DNA of 24,000 nucleotides, taken from NCBI RefSeq assembly GCF_016625195.1, contig NZ_JACVUP010000002.1:196711-220710 (forward strand), given 5' to 3'. The stretch's first letter is position 1; each line of letters begins with the position of its first letter. This document shows, one piece after another, positions 9,219 through 16,845 of this stretch. The translations under genes and the position numbers were made by a program. The stretch is from Erwinia sp. S63. GTDB lineage: Bacteria; Pseudomonadota; Gammaproteobacteria; Enterobacterales; Enterobacteriaceae. The notes beneath the pieces are model-generated. The model ran no database searches, was not told the origin of the DNA, and saw only the letters and a program-made list of their open reading frames with translations.

Positions 9219-9290
9219 CATTTTTAAAAGCCTTGCACAACAATGTGTTAAAAAACGTCCGATAGTAAAAGTGGAGTGGTTGGTCTAAAT

Positions 9291-9306
9291 CAGACCGTTT
9301 GGTCAA
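9291..9306. promoter_or_regulatory. RutR-box-like operator in the rutA-rutR intergenic region
   Basis: CAGACCGTTTGGTCAA matches the published RutR box TTGACCAnnTGGTCAA at 11 of 14 specified positions. An adjacent GGTCT-N5-AGACC dyad lies at 9282-9296. Confidence 0.4.
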
Positions 9307-9422
9307 AATGTTTTGCACGTTTTTCATGCGCACCGTGGTCAAAAAAGGTGCAGGGAGCGCGATTAGGCAGGACAGAGGGGCTTTGTTATGATGCGGATAG
9401 GCAGGATTGAAGAGGTAACAGT

Positions 9423-10058
9423 GTGAAAAGCGATGAAAAAAAACTGGGCAGACGTTCACGAGCCGTTGCCGCAAAACGGGCCGCGATACTGGAAGCGGCG
9501 CTAACCTTCTTCTCACAATACGGAATTCACGGTACCAGCCTCGATAAAGTGGCGGAGCGTGCCGACGTCTCAAAGACCAATTTGCTCTACTACTATCCCT
9601 CGAAAGAGGTGCTGTATATCGCGGTGCTGAAAGAGATCCTTGATGTCTGGCTGGCACCACTGCGCGCACTGCGCCACGATCAGGATCCACTGACCGCCAT
9701 CCGGAAATATATTCGTCTTAAGCTGGAAGTGTCACGCGATCACCCGCAGGCCTCGCGCTTGTTCTGTCTGGAAATGCTCCAGGGTGCGCCGTTACTCAAA
9801 GGTGAACTGGCCGGGGATTTAAAAGCGCTGGTGGATGAGAAGGCGGCGATCATCGAGCAGTGGATTGCGGAAGGGCGCTTAGCCGGGGTGCAGCCGCAGC
9901 ATCTGTTTTTCCTGCTGTGGGCTACCACGCAACATTACGCGGATTTTGCGTCGCAGGTTGAAGCGATCACCGGCCAGACTCTGAGTGACCCGGAATTTTT
10001 CGAGCAAACGCTGGAGAATGTTCAGCGGATGATTATTGAAGGGATCCGCGTGCGTTGA
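9423..10058 (+). CDS. rutR: TetR-family repressor RutR
   Basis: The 211-aa ORF has a GTG start. GKRSRAV.AK..AIL.AAL..FSQ.G.HGT.L...[16 protein letters not shown] and a C-terminal [10 protein letters not shown] are colinear with E. coli RutR. It is divergent from rutA. Confidence 0.9.
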   Translation: MKSDEKKLGRRSRAVAAKRAAILEAALTFFSQYGIHGTSLDKVAERADVSKTNLLYYYPSKEVLYIAVLKEILDVWLAPLRALRHDQDPLTAIRKYIRLKLEVSRDHPQASRLFCLEMLQGAPLLKGELAGDLKALVDEKAAIIEQWIAEGRLAGVQPQHLFFLLWATTQHYADFASQVEAITGQTLSDPEFFEQTLENVQRMIIEGIRVR

Positions 10059-10081
10059 TCCCGCTTTAGCCAGGAGAATGC

Positions 10082-11056
10082 ATGGATTCGCTATCACAAC
10101 TGACGTTGGGCGCGGCGGTCACCGTCGCAGTGATGGGCAAGCGCGTGCCGCTATGGCAATCGGCGCTGGTGGGCGCGATTGCCGGTACCTTGCCCGATCT
10201 GGATGTGTTTATCGATCACGGCGATGCCATTCGCAATATGACGCTGCACCGCACCGAGAGCCATGCGCTGTTGTGGCTGACGTTGGTTGCGCCCCTATTG
10301 GCCTGGCTGGTTGCGGTTGTAACACGCAGTCGTCCCCACTGGCGCGGCTGGTGTATGGCGATTTGGCTGGCCCTGATTACGCATCCGTTGCTTGATCTGA
10401 CAACTGTATACGGCACACAGCTGGGTTTACCGTTTACCAATTTCCCTTATGCAATCGGCAGCATGTACATTATCGACCCGTTGTATACCTTACCGCTGCT
10501 GATCGCGCTGGCGGTGGCGCTATGGCGGCGTGACGGGGTGGGATTGCGCTGGAATCAGGCGGGTTTACTGATCAGTACGCTGTATCTCGGCTGGAGTATG
10601 GTGGTGCAGGGTATCGCGACGCAGCATATTGATCGTGATTTAACCCAGCAATCCATCATGCCGCAGCAAGTGCTGGTGACGCCAACGGCATTTAATACTC
10701 TGGTGTGGCGAACCGTGATTATGACCCCCGATCGTTACGGTGAAGCCTATTGGTCACTGTTGTCACCCGATCGGGCACTGGACATTCATTGGCACCCGCG
10801 CAACCCGCAACTGTTCGATGCGTTTAAAGGTGACTGGTATGCCGAGCGAGTGGCGTGGTTCAGCCACGGTTTTTATGCCATGCGGTTGCAGGGTGATGAT
10901 ACTTTGATATCGGATTTAAGGATGGGGGAAGCGCCAAACTACACCTTTACCTTCAATCTGGGATCGGCACATACCCCGGATCCGGCACCAGAAAGAGAGC
11001 CTTCGGTGCGGCCTTCACTGGCGCAGGCATGGCATAAACTACGCGAAAGGTTATAA
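10082..11056 (+). CDS. Membrane-bound metal-dependent hydrolase (YdjM/DUF457 family)
   Basis: The 324-aa ORF has the N-terminus MDSLSQLTLGAAV...GAIAGTLPDLDVFIDH typical of this family and several TM segments. An AGGAGA RBS lies 23 nt after the rutR stop, so it is probably co-transcribed with rutR. Confidence 0.6.
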   Translation: MDSLSQLTLGAAVTVAVMGKRVPLWQSALVGAIAGTLPDLDVFIDHGDAIRNMTLHRTESHALLWLTLVAPLLAWLVAVVTRSRPHWRGWCMAIWLALITHPLLDLTTVYGTQLGLPFTNFPYAIGSMYIIDPLYTLPLLIALAVALWRRDGVGLRWNQAGLLISTLYLGWSMVVQGIATQHIDRDLTQQSIMPQQVLVTPTAFNTLVWRTVIMTPDRYGEAYWSLLSPDRALDIHWHPRNPQLFDAFKGDWYAERVAWFSHGFYAMRLQGDDTLISDLRMGEAPNYTFTFNLGSAHTPDPAPEREPSVRPSLAQAWHKLRERL

Positions 11057-11060
11057 AAAA

Positions 11061-11084
11061 AGCCCCGAATTTTCGGGGCTTTTT
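11061..11084. terminator. Bidirectional rho-independent terminator
   Basis: aaaaaa-AGCCCCGAA-tt-TTCGGGGCT-tttt lies between the convergent hydrolase gene (stop 11056) and cycA (stop 11098). Confidence 0.8.
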
Positions 11085-11097
11085 GTTGGCAGGGTTA

Positions 11098-12489
11098 TCA
11101 GGCTTTACGACGACGTAACAACCAGCCCATGGTAAGGATCACGAACCACAGCGGCGTGACCATCAGCGCCTGGCGAGTGTCGTCCTGCAAGGTCAGCAGG
11201 ACAATCACAAAGGCGAAGAACGCCATGCACACCCAGCACATCAGCTTACCCAGCGGCATCTTGAACTTCGACTCAGCGTGACGCTGCGGATGCTGTTTGC
11301 GGTAAGCCAGGTAGCTGCACAGGATGATAGTCCAGACGAACATAAACAGAATCGCCGATACCGTGGTGACCATGGTGAATACCGTCATCACATCAGGGAT
11401 CAGGTAAATCAGTGCAACGCCACACAGCAGGCAGAAGCAGGAGAAGAACAGTCCGGTAGTGGGAACCGCGCGAGCCGACAGACGACCAAACGCTTTGTGC
11501 GCCACACCTTGTTCCGCCAGGCCGTAAAGCATACGGCTGGTAGAGAAAATGCCACTGTTGGCGGATGACGCAGCAGAAGTCAGCACCACGAAGTTCACGA
11601 TGCTGGCGGCTGCAGGTAAGCCAATCAGCACAAACATCTCAACGAACGGGCTGCGGTCAGGCATCACCTGATTCCACGGCGTCACCGCCATGATCACCAG
11701 CAGTGCCAGAACGTAAAACATAATGATACGCACCGGAATAGCGTTAATCGCACGTGGCAGCACCTTGTGCGGATCTTTGGTTTCCGCTGCGGCCGTTCCG
11801 ACTAACTCAATACCGACGAAGGCAAACACCGCAATCTGGAAGCCAGCAAAGAAGCCGCTCAATCCTTTCGGGAACATACCACCATGATCCCAGATATTGC
11901 TCAGGGCTGCCGCGCTGCCGCTAGGCGAAGGATAATGCATGCTCACCAGCACGATGCCAGTCACGATCAGGGCAACAATCGCCACGATTTTAATAATCGC
12001 GAACCAGAACTCCATCTCACCAAACAATTTCACCGTCGCAATATTGAGTGCCAGGAACACAAATATACACAGCAGTGCACTCATCCAGATGGAAAAGTCG
12101 GGGAACCAGAGTTGGAAGTAGGCACTAATGGCCACTACATCGGCAATGCCCGTCACCACCCAACAGAACCAGTAAGTCCAGCCGGTAAAATAGCCCGCCC
12201 ACGGGCCGAGTAAATCGGCAGCAAAATCGCTGAAGGATTTATATTCGAGATTAGAGAGCAGCAATTCGCCCATTGCGCGCATCACGAAGAACAGCATAAA
12301 GCCGATGATCATATAAACGAAAATGATCGAGGGGCCGGCCAGGCTGATAGTTTTACCTGAGCCCATAAACAACCCGGTGCCGATTGCGCCACCGATGGCA
12401 ATCAGTTGGATATGGCGGTTATGCAGATTACGCTGGAGCTTATCCGGCTGTTCGGCCTCAACAAGCGCCTCTTTGGATTGATCAACCAT
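11098..12489 (-). CDS. cycA: D-serine/D-alanine/glycine:H+ symporter CycA (APC family)
   Basis: The 463-aa ORF shows long identical runs with E. coli CycA (NRHIQLIAIGGAIGTGLFMGSGKTISLAGPSIIFVYMIIGFMLFFVMRAMGELLLSNLEYKSFSDFA). Confidence 0.92.
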   Translation of the reverse strand: MVDQSKEALVEAEQPDKLQRNLHNRHIQLIAIGGAIGTGLFMGSGKTISLAGPSIIFVYMIIGFMLFFVMRAMGELLLSNLEYKSFSDFAADLLGPWAGYFTGWTYWFCWVVTGIADVVAISAYFQLWFPDFSIWMSALLCIFVFLALNIATVKLFGEMEFWFAIIKIVAIVALIVTGIVLVSMHYPSPSGSAAALSNIWDHGGMFPKGLSGFFAGFQIAVFAFVGIELVGTAAAETKDPHKVLPRAINAIPVRIIMFYVLALLVIMAVTPWNQVMPDRSPFVEMFVLIGLPAAASIVNFVVLTSAASSANSGIFSTSRMLYGLAEQGVAHKAFGRLSARAVPTTGLFFSCFCLLCGVALIYLIPDVMTVFTMVTTVSAILFMFVWTIILCSYLAYRKQHPQRHAESKFKMPLGKLMCWVCMAFFAFVIVLLTLQDDTRQALMVTPLWFVILTMGWLLRRRKA

Positions 12490-12503
12490 AAATATATCTT
12501 TCC

Positions 12504-12519
12504 TGTTTTGATGTTGTGT
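12504..12519 (-). promoter_or_regulatory. CA-rich element in the cycA 5' UTR (candidate GcvB sRNA target)
   Basis: The minus strand reads ACACAACAUCAAAACA immediately upstream of the SD (AGGAAAG). In E. coli, cycA is repressed by GcvB through its G/U-rich R1 region, which pairs with C/A-rich leaders. Confidence 0.3.
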
Positions 12520-12770
12520 CAGCTCTACTGGCTGTTAGATAACGTGCCGTTTAATAGGGCAAGTGGCATAAGATAGTGGAAAGCTTGCAACTCTCGGTAA
12601 TTGTTTTTTTACAATTGTGACCTTTTACGGGGTTTCGTCTGTCAGTAAATATTTACATGGCATAATCCACGGTGAGTTTGCGTAAATCTTCAGCAATTAA
12701 GCCTTTTCTGCGTCATTTCCTCGTTTTGCCACCTACACTTACGTCTTCATTTTATGAGTAAACGTGAGGT

Positions 12771-13472
12771 GTGGTGCGCGCATTATTAGCAATTGTCTTG
12801 TTGGCATTATGCGGCTGGTGGAGTTTACCCTGGCTGAAAACGCATTTGCCGCCACAGTGGAATCCATTTACACCGCTATCGGTGACTGACCCACCAGGAT
12901 GGATGATGCGCTACAAATTGCAGCGGCTCAGCCACGATCCCGCGGCCTGTATGGCGGTGATGCAGCGTGCCAGCCAGCAGGGGTGGGTACAATTTCGCCC
13001 CGTGCCTGCAATGCAAGGTGATTGCCCCATAGAACAACCTTTACGCGTGAGTGGATTTGGTGAAGTCACATTAAGCAGCAGTTTTCTTGCCAGTTGCCCG
13101 ATGGCGGTGAGTAGCACAATGTTTGTCGTCAACAGCACGCACGCCTTGCAGCAGGCCGGAATCAATAGTCCCTTACGGCGAATAAGCCACGTCGGCAGTT
13201 ACGCCTGTCGTAATATCTATCATCGCCAACAGGGACGATTAAGTGAGCATGCAACGGCAGATGCCTGGGATATTACGGGATTTCAGCTGGCCAACGGGCG
13301 CTGGTTGCAGGTGGGGAAAAACTGGCAGCAACCTGACGATGCATCCGCAGGGCTTCACGCATTGTGGCGCAACGGTTGTACGACCTTTGGCAATGCGTTA
13401 GGCCCGGACTATAACGCTGCGCATGCCGGGCATTTTCACCTCGGTATGCGTGGCGCGGGATACTGTCGTTAA
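12771..13472 (+). CDS. Extensin-like C-terminal domain protein (signal-anchored, periplasmic)
   Basis: The 233-aa ORF has a GTG start with a GTGAGG RBS and an N-terminal hydrophobic signal/anchor. Its C-terminal pattern is GSYACRN...SEHA...AWDITGF.LANGR...GPDYNAAHAGHFHL...YC, typical of the extensin-like family (PF06904 type). Confidence 0.75.
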   Translation: MVRALLAIVLLALCGWWSLPWLKTHLPPQWNPFTPLSVTDPPGWMMRYKLQRLSHDPAACMAVMQRASQQGWVQFRPVPAMQGDCPIEQPLRVSGFGEVTLSSSFLASCPMAVSSTMFVVNSTHALQQAGINSPLRRISHVGSYACRNIYHRQQGRLSEHATADAWDITGFQLANGRWLQVGKNWQQPDDASAGLHALWRNGCTTFGNALGPDYNAAHAGHFHLGMRGAGYCR

Positions 13473-14147
13473 CTAAACGGCGGGGTTAAGCCCACGTTTT
13501 ATCAGGAAATGATTAGCTGGCCAGGAGAATAAGAAGCCGATGATCATCGCCAGCTGCAACATAAACCAGAAAGCCACCAGCAATGGATTGATTTGATGGT
13601 TGAGGACAAATTTTAGTGCCAGCGCCATAAAGATAAAAATACCTAATTGATAAATCAGCAGCGGAAAAGTTTCGGTTTTAAATGCTAATAATAACGCCCG
13701 GCCAAATGAACGTTTTTCACGTTGGCGAATGGCCAGAAACTGGAAAAATAAACCCACCACTAAGGAAACTATCACGCAAATAATCGCCTGCATCCAGAGA
13801 GCTGGCATAATGGCGAATTGATTTAGCAAGGTGATTATTGGTAGGGTCATTATGTCGCCAAATATACAGGCCGCTGCGGATAATGAGGTGGAAATAAATA
13901 TTGTTTGCCAGCTGGCGTTACTCTGAATTTTTTGCGGAACCAGTAGCGCAAGTTTAACCTGACGTGAAGGTTTACGCCCCAGATACCACCAGGCTAACCA
14001 TCCGATGAAGGGCATATAGAGGCCGGTAAGAGGCCAGATGATATTCATGATGGCCACAGGATGCGGGTGACGGAAAAGATCTTTTAAAATCATCAGTGCT
14101 GTGCAACCGCCCAGAACAAGGAAAGGTAATGCCAGTTGGTTCATCAT
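13473..14147 (-). CDS. Polytopic inner-membrane protein of unknown function
   Basis: The ORF was trimmed to ATG 14147 (MMNQLALPFLVLGG...), giving about 224 aa and about 6-7 hydrophobic spans. It is AT-rich relative to its neighbours. Its stop codon abuts the extensin-like stop with 0 nt between them. The family was not confidently recognised (possibly DUF4396-like). Confidence 0.55.
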   Translation of the reverse strand: MMNQLALPFLVLGGCTALMILKDLFRHPHPVAIMNIIWPLTGLYMPFIGWLAWWYLGRKPSRQVKLALLVPQKIQSNASWQTIFISTSLSAAACIFGDIMTLPIITLLNQFAIMPALWMQAIICVIVSLVVGLFFQFLAIRQREKRSFGRALLLAFKTETFPLLIYQLGIFIFMALALKFVLNHQINPLLVAFWFMLQLAMIIGFLFSWPANHFLIKRGLNPAV

Positions 14148-14699
14148 AGTCAGCCCCGTTATGATGCTCGAATACGCATGACGATGCGCCAGTAAGGATG
14201 ATGGCGCTACGTCTTCCCCTGGAAAAATCCACGTCGTGATCCCCCGCACATCTTCTAAGCGTAGCTGGAAAAGAAGGTGGCGGAAATCACGACATACCGC
14301 TCACCACAGAAATAACTGGGATTAAGAATCAGCCAAATGCCAGTCGTCCCACAAATACAACGAATACCTTCAGTAACCGCTTTGAGAGTGAGTGATTTTA
14401 GTTAATGACGATGCTAAAAATTTATCAATCTAATGATGATTTTCGATGAATCCGGTGATTGAAACTCCTTCGGAAAAATCCTATTCTAATCACGAAAGAG
14501 GATTAAAGTTGTGAAGCTGTTGGCAAAATGTATCTGCTTCCAGTTCCCCATAATGGTAACGCATTGACAACAGGATAGTTATGATTGTTACCCTGCGGGC
14601 TGCTCTCATTTCAATCAATATTTTTTCTCAAGTTAATTTATTTTTTGTGTTAATCAGATCGAATAACAAGTTAAAGCGTGAAACAACGCTGAGGCAATA

Positions 14700-15422
14700 A
14701 TGACTACCGATAATTATTTCGTCTGGCGTGGCGAAACTGAAAATGAATTTCAGGCGCTGACGGAAGTGATTCAAGTAAAAACGCTATTACAAAAACACAT
14801 TGAAGCGATGGGTTTTGATTCATTCGCTTTTCTGGTTCAGCATCCCGTGCCTTTTACCCGGCCGCGCGTGTTTTTGTTCAGTACTTACCCGGAAAGCTGG
14901 GTTAAGCGCTATGAAAGCGAAAATTATTATGCTGTCGATCCGGTGCTGTTACTTTGTCAGCGGCCGGGACGTGGCGTGGAATGGACGAGGGATCTATTCA
15001 CCGGCGCCGGTAATTTATGGGATGAAGCGAATGCGGCCGGCCTGAACAGTGGCTTTTCTTGTTCGGCCATGGCGCCAAATCGTGCCATTGGTATATTATC
15101 TATAGCATCATCGCTTCACAGTCAGACTCAACACTTACGCATTCAGCTAGAGGTGAAACTGCACTTTCTGGCGGAACTGAGTTTGCGTGTGCTGGAGCGG
15201 CTCAATGATAGTTCAATGGCAGTTTTATCTAACGATTTTAGCCAACGCGAACTGGAAATATTGAAATGGACGGCAGAAGGAAAAACTTCTGCGGAAATTT
15301 CACTGATTTTAGCGATTTCAGAACACACGGTGAATTTTCACCAAAAAAATATGCAAAAGCGTTTTAATGTTTCCAATAAAACGCAGATTGCGTGTTATGC
15401 GGCGGCAATTGGCCTGATATAG
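14700..15422 (+). CDS. sdiA: LuxR-family AHL receptor, SdiA orthologue
   Basis: The 240-aa ORF is colinear with E. coli SdiA over its whole length (HPVPFTRP, YPE.W, A.DPVL, PNRA.G.LS, RE.EIL.WTAEGKTSAEI..ISE.TVNFHQKNMQK....NKTQ.ACYAAA.GLI). The synteny sdiA-yecF-uvrY-uvrC-pgsA supports the call. A GAGG RBS is present. Confidence 0.9.
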   Translation: MTTDNYFVWRGETENEFQALTEVIQVKTLLQKHIEAMGFDSFAFLVQHPVPFTRPRVFLFSTYPESWVKRYESENYYAVDPVLLLCQRPGRGVEWTRDLFTGAGNLWDEANAAGLNSGFSCSAMAPNRAIGILSIASSLHSQTQHLRIQLEVKLHFLAELSLRVLERLNDSSMAVLSNDFSQRELEILKWTAEGKTSAEISLILAISEHTVNFHQKNMQKRFNVSNKTQIACYAAAIGLI

Positions 15423-15431
15423 CAAAAAGGC

Positions 15432-15451
15432 AACTACTAATTTTAGTAGTT
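15432..15451. promoter_or_regulatory. Lux-box-type 20-bp perfect palindrome upstream of the luxI homologue
   Basis: AACTACTAA-TT-TTAGTAGTT has 9-bp perfect arms and fits the las/rhl box NNCT-N12-AGNN. It starts 10 nt after the sdiA stop and 91 nt before the synthase ATG. A TAnnnT hexamer (TACCCT, 15473-15478) lies about where a -10 would sit if the box is centred near -42. Confidence 0.5.
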
Positions 15452-15541
15452 CCCACTCTTTAGTCAGTTGTCTACCCTGCGCCGGAACTTTGCCAGGCTG
15501 GCGCAAAGAAATCATTGCAAACATGGGGATGTCAGGGGCGC

Positions 15542-16156
15542 ATGATGAAAGTAATTCAAACACAGCTTAAGGATATGCCGTCCTCTCTGTTGGCAGAATT
15601 GGGAACCTATCGCTATAGCGTTTTTGCACGGGGTGAAGGATGGTCAATCCCGCCGCGCTTAAGTACGCCTGGCCAGGAGTACGATCGTTTTGATCGCTCC
15701 GATGTCACCTGGATCATCGCCTGGAATGCGCGTCAGGGGATCTGCGGCTGTGCACGCTTGTTGCCCTGGCATGAACCCGAAGTGCCTGAAGGCATGGTAC
15801 TGCCGTTCGATCAGGATAAAGTCTGGGAAATGTCGCGTTTTTCGGCTCGTCTTGAAGTGGATGCGGAACTGCCGCTGACGATTTTATGGCATTCGGTGCA
15901 GCTGGCGGAACTCAGCGGTATGGATTACCTGATCAGCTCTGCGACACCCATGCTGGAAAAAATGTTCGAGCAGCATGGCGTGGTGTACGAACCGTTATCG
16001 CCGGGTTTGATTCAATCTGAAGATAACCTGTTTGCCATTCGTATTCCGGTTCATCAGCCGGCATTGGCGGATAAATATCGCGGTACACGTCGATTCAGTC
16101 CAGAAGAGGTGCTGCCATCACTGGGTGTTTCTGTGAACTGGCAGTCGCACAGTTGA
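15542..16156 (+). CDS. LuxI-family acyl-homoserine-lactone synthase homologue (RhlI-like, atypical)
   Basis: The start was trimmed to ATG 15542/15545 (MMKVIQ...), giving about 204 aa. LuxI-family invariant positions are present: R..VF....GW, QEYDRFD, GICGCARLLP (identical to RhlI), WEMSRF. The segment after LLP is shortened and divergent (see findings). Confidence 0.8.
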   Translation: MMKVIQTQLKDMPSSLLAELGTYRYSVFARGEGWSIPPRLSTPGQEYDRFDRSDVTWIIAWNARQGICGCARLLPWHEPEVPEGMVLPFDQDKVWEMSRFSARLEVDAELPLTILWHSVQLAELSGMDYLISSATPMLEKMFEQHGVVYEPLSPGLIQSEDNLFAIRIPVHQPALADKYRGTRRFSPEEVLPSLGVSVNWQSHS

Positions 16157-16159
16157 TCA

Positions 16160-16178
16160 CCCCGCGCGCTGCGCGGGG
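16160..16178. terminator. GC-rich hairpin between the convergent synthase gene and yecF
   Basis: CCCCGCGC-gct-GCGCGGGG is a perfect 8-bp stem. No U-tract is present on either strand. Confidence 0.4.
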
Positions 16179-16187
16179 CTTGGCCGC

Positions 16188-16418
16188 TTACTGACGGTAG
16201 GCGGTTTTAATCTGACGAATCGTGTTACTGAACACTTCCGCCTGCGGTTTATCCACTAATGCGCTCTGCACATAGCGCTCCATATTAATGATCACCTTAC
16301 CGGCATCCGCCTGACCCATTCCTTTCAGAATCAGCGTCACCATCATTTTCAGGCAAGCCACTTCGTCGGCCAGCGCCTGGGTATCCTGCGATGTTGAAAA
16401 GTCTTCATCACTCATCAT
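16188..16418 (-). CDS. yecF: YecF (DUF2594) small protein
   Basis: The start was trimmed to ATG 16418/16415 with an AAGGAG RBS. DFST...Q.LA.EV.CLK.M.TL.L..MGQADAG.V...ME........FS.T..QIK.AYRQ is colinear with E. coli YecF. The position between sdiA and uvrY matches E. coli. Confidence 0.85.
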   Translation of the reverse strand: MMSDEDFSTSQDTQALADEVACLKMMVTLILKGMGQADAGKVIINMERYVQSALVDKPQAEVFSNTIRQIKTAYRQ

Positions 16419-16845
16419 TGACTCCTTGGTGGTGTTACTGAATGTTGACACAATACCTGTGTGTAAAAAACAGAGTATATCATATGGTTGGCGGATGAAT
16501 TTATCCCAGGCGAAGCGGTGAAGATTAAACCAACATTAAATGGATGTTTGCGCTATTTCCAGGCAGGAAAAAACAGCTGATGAAGTTATTTTTATTACCG
16601 AAAACCTGACGGTCGACAAAAAGATTATAAATTATAACATAATGATATTAGTCACAATTTCACATTTTAATTCTTGCATGCTATTGCATTTTACTCAAAA
16701 AATAGCTGGGATTAACCGCTATTTGATATGCGTCATTTCATTTGGGATTTATCTGCGTAACCAGATGTTTTTTCCCCGGTAAACCCGGTAAGATGGCCCT
16801 CCTGAAATATATTTTTCCCCTCACTAACCTGCGGAGTATGTCCCG

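Noticed and set aside
9314-9352. NtrC enhancer call from the TGCAC/GGTGCA half-sites
   Set aside because: The half-site spacing (N12 or irregular) does not fit TGCACC-N5-GGTGCA. It is mentioned in a finding but not annotated as a feature.
9115-9690. N-terminal 192-aa extension of the 555-aa ORF containing rutA
   Set aside because: Homology to RutA begins at MKIGVF (ATG 9114), which has its own RBS. The extension is Arg/Pro-rich nonsense that runs through the sigma54 promoter and is antisense to rutR.
14565-14600. TTGACA followed by TATGAT upstream of sdiA as a promoter
   Set aside because: The spacing between the hexamers is only about 10 nt, which is incompatible with a sigma70 promoter.
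16457-16473. LexA-box-like CTG-N-CAG motif upstream of yecF, near the uvrY side
   Set aside because: The spacer is 11 nt rather than the required 10, and the flanks do not match TACTG(TA)5CAGTA.
16540-16782. 80-aa + ORF in the yecF-uvrY intergenic region
   Set aside because: It has no SD before its ATG. Its extremely AT-rich, Ile/Phe/Asn-heavy translation is typical of random AT-rich sequence. It would occupy the expected uvrY promoter region.
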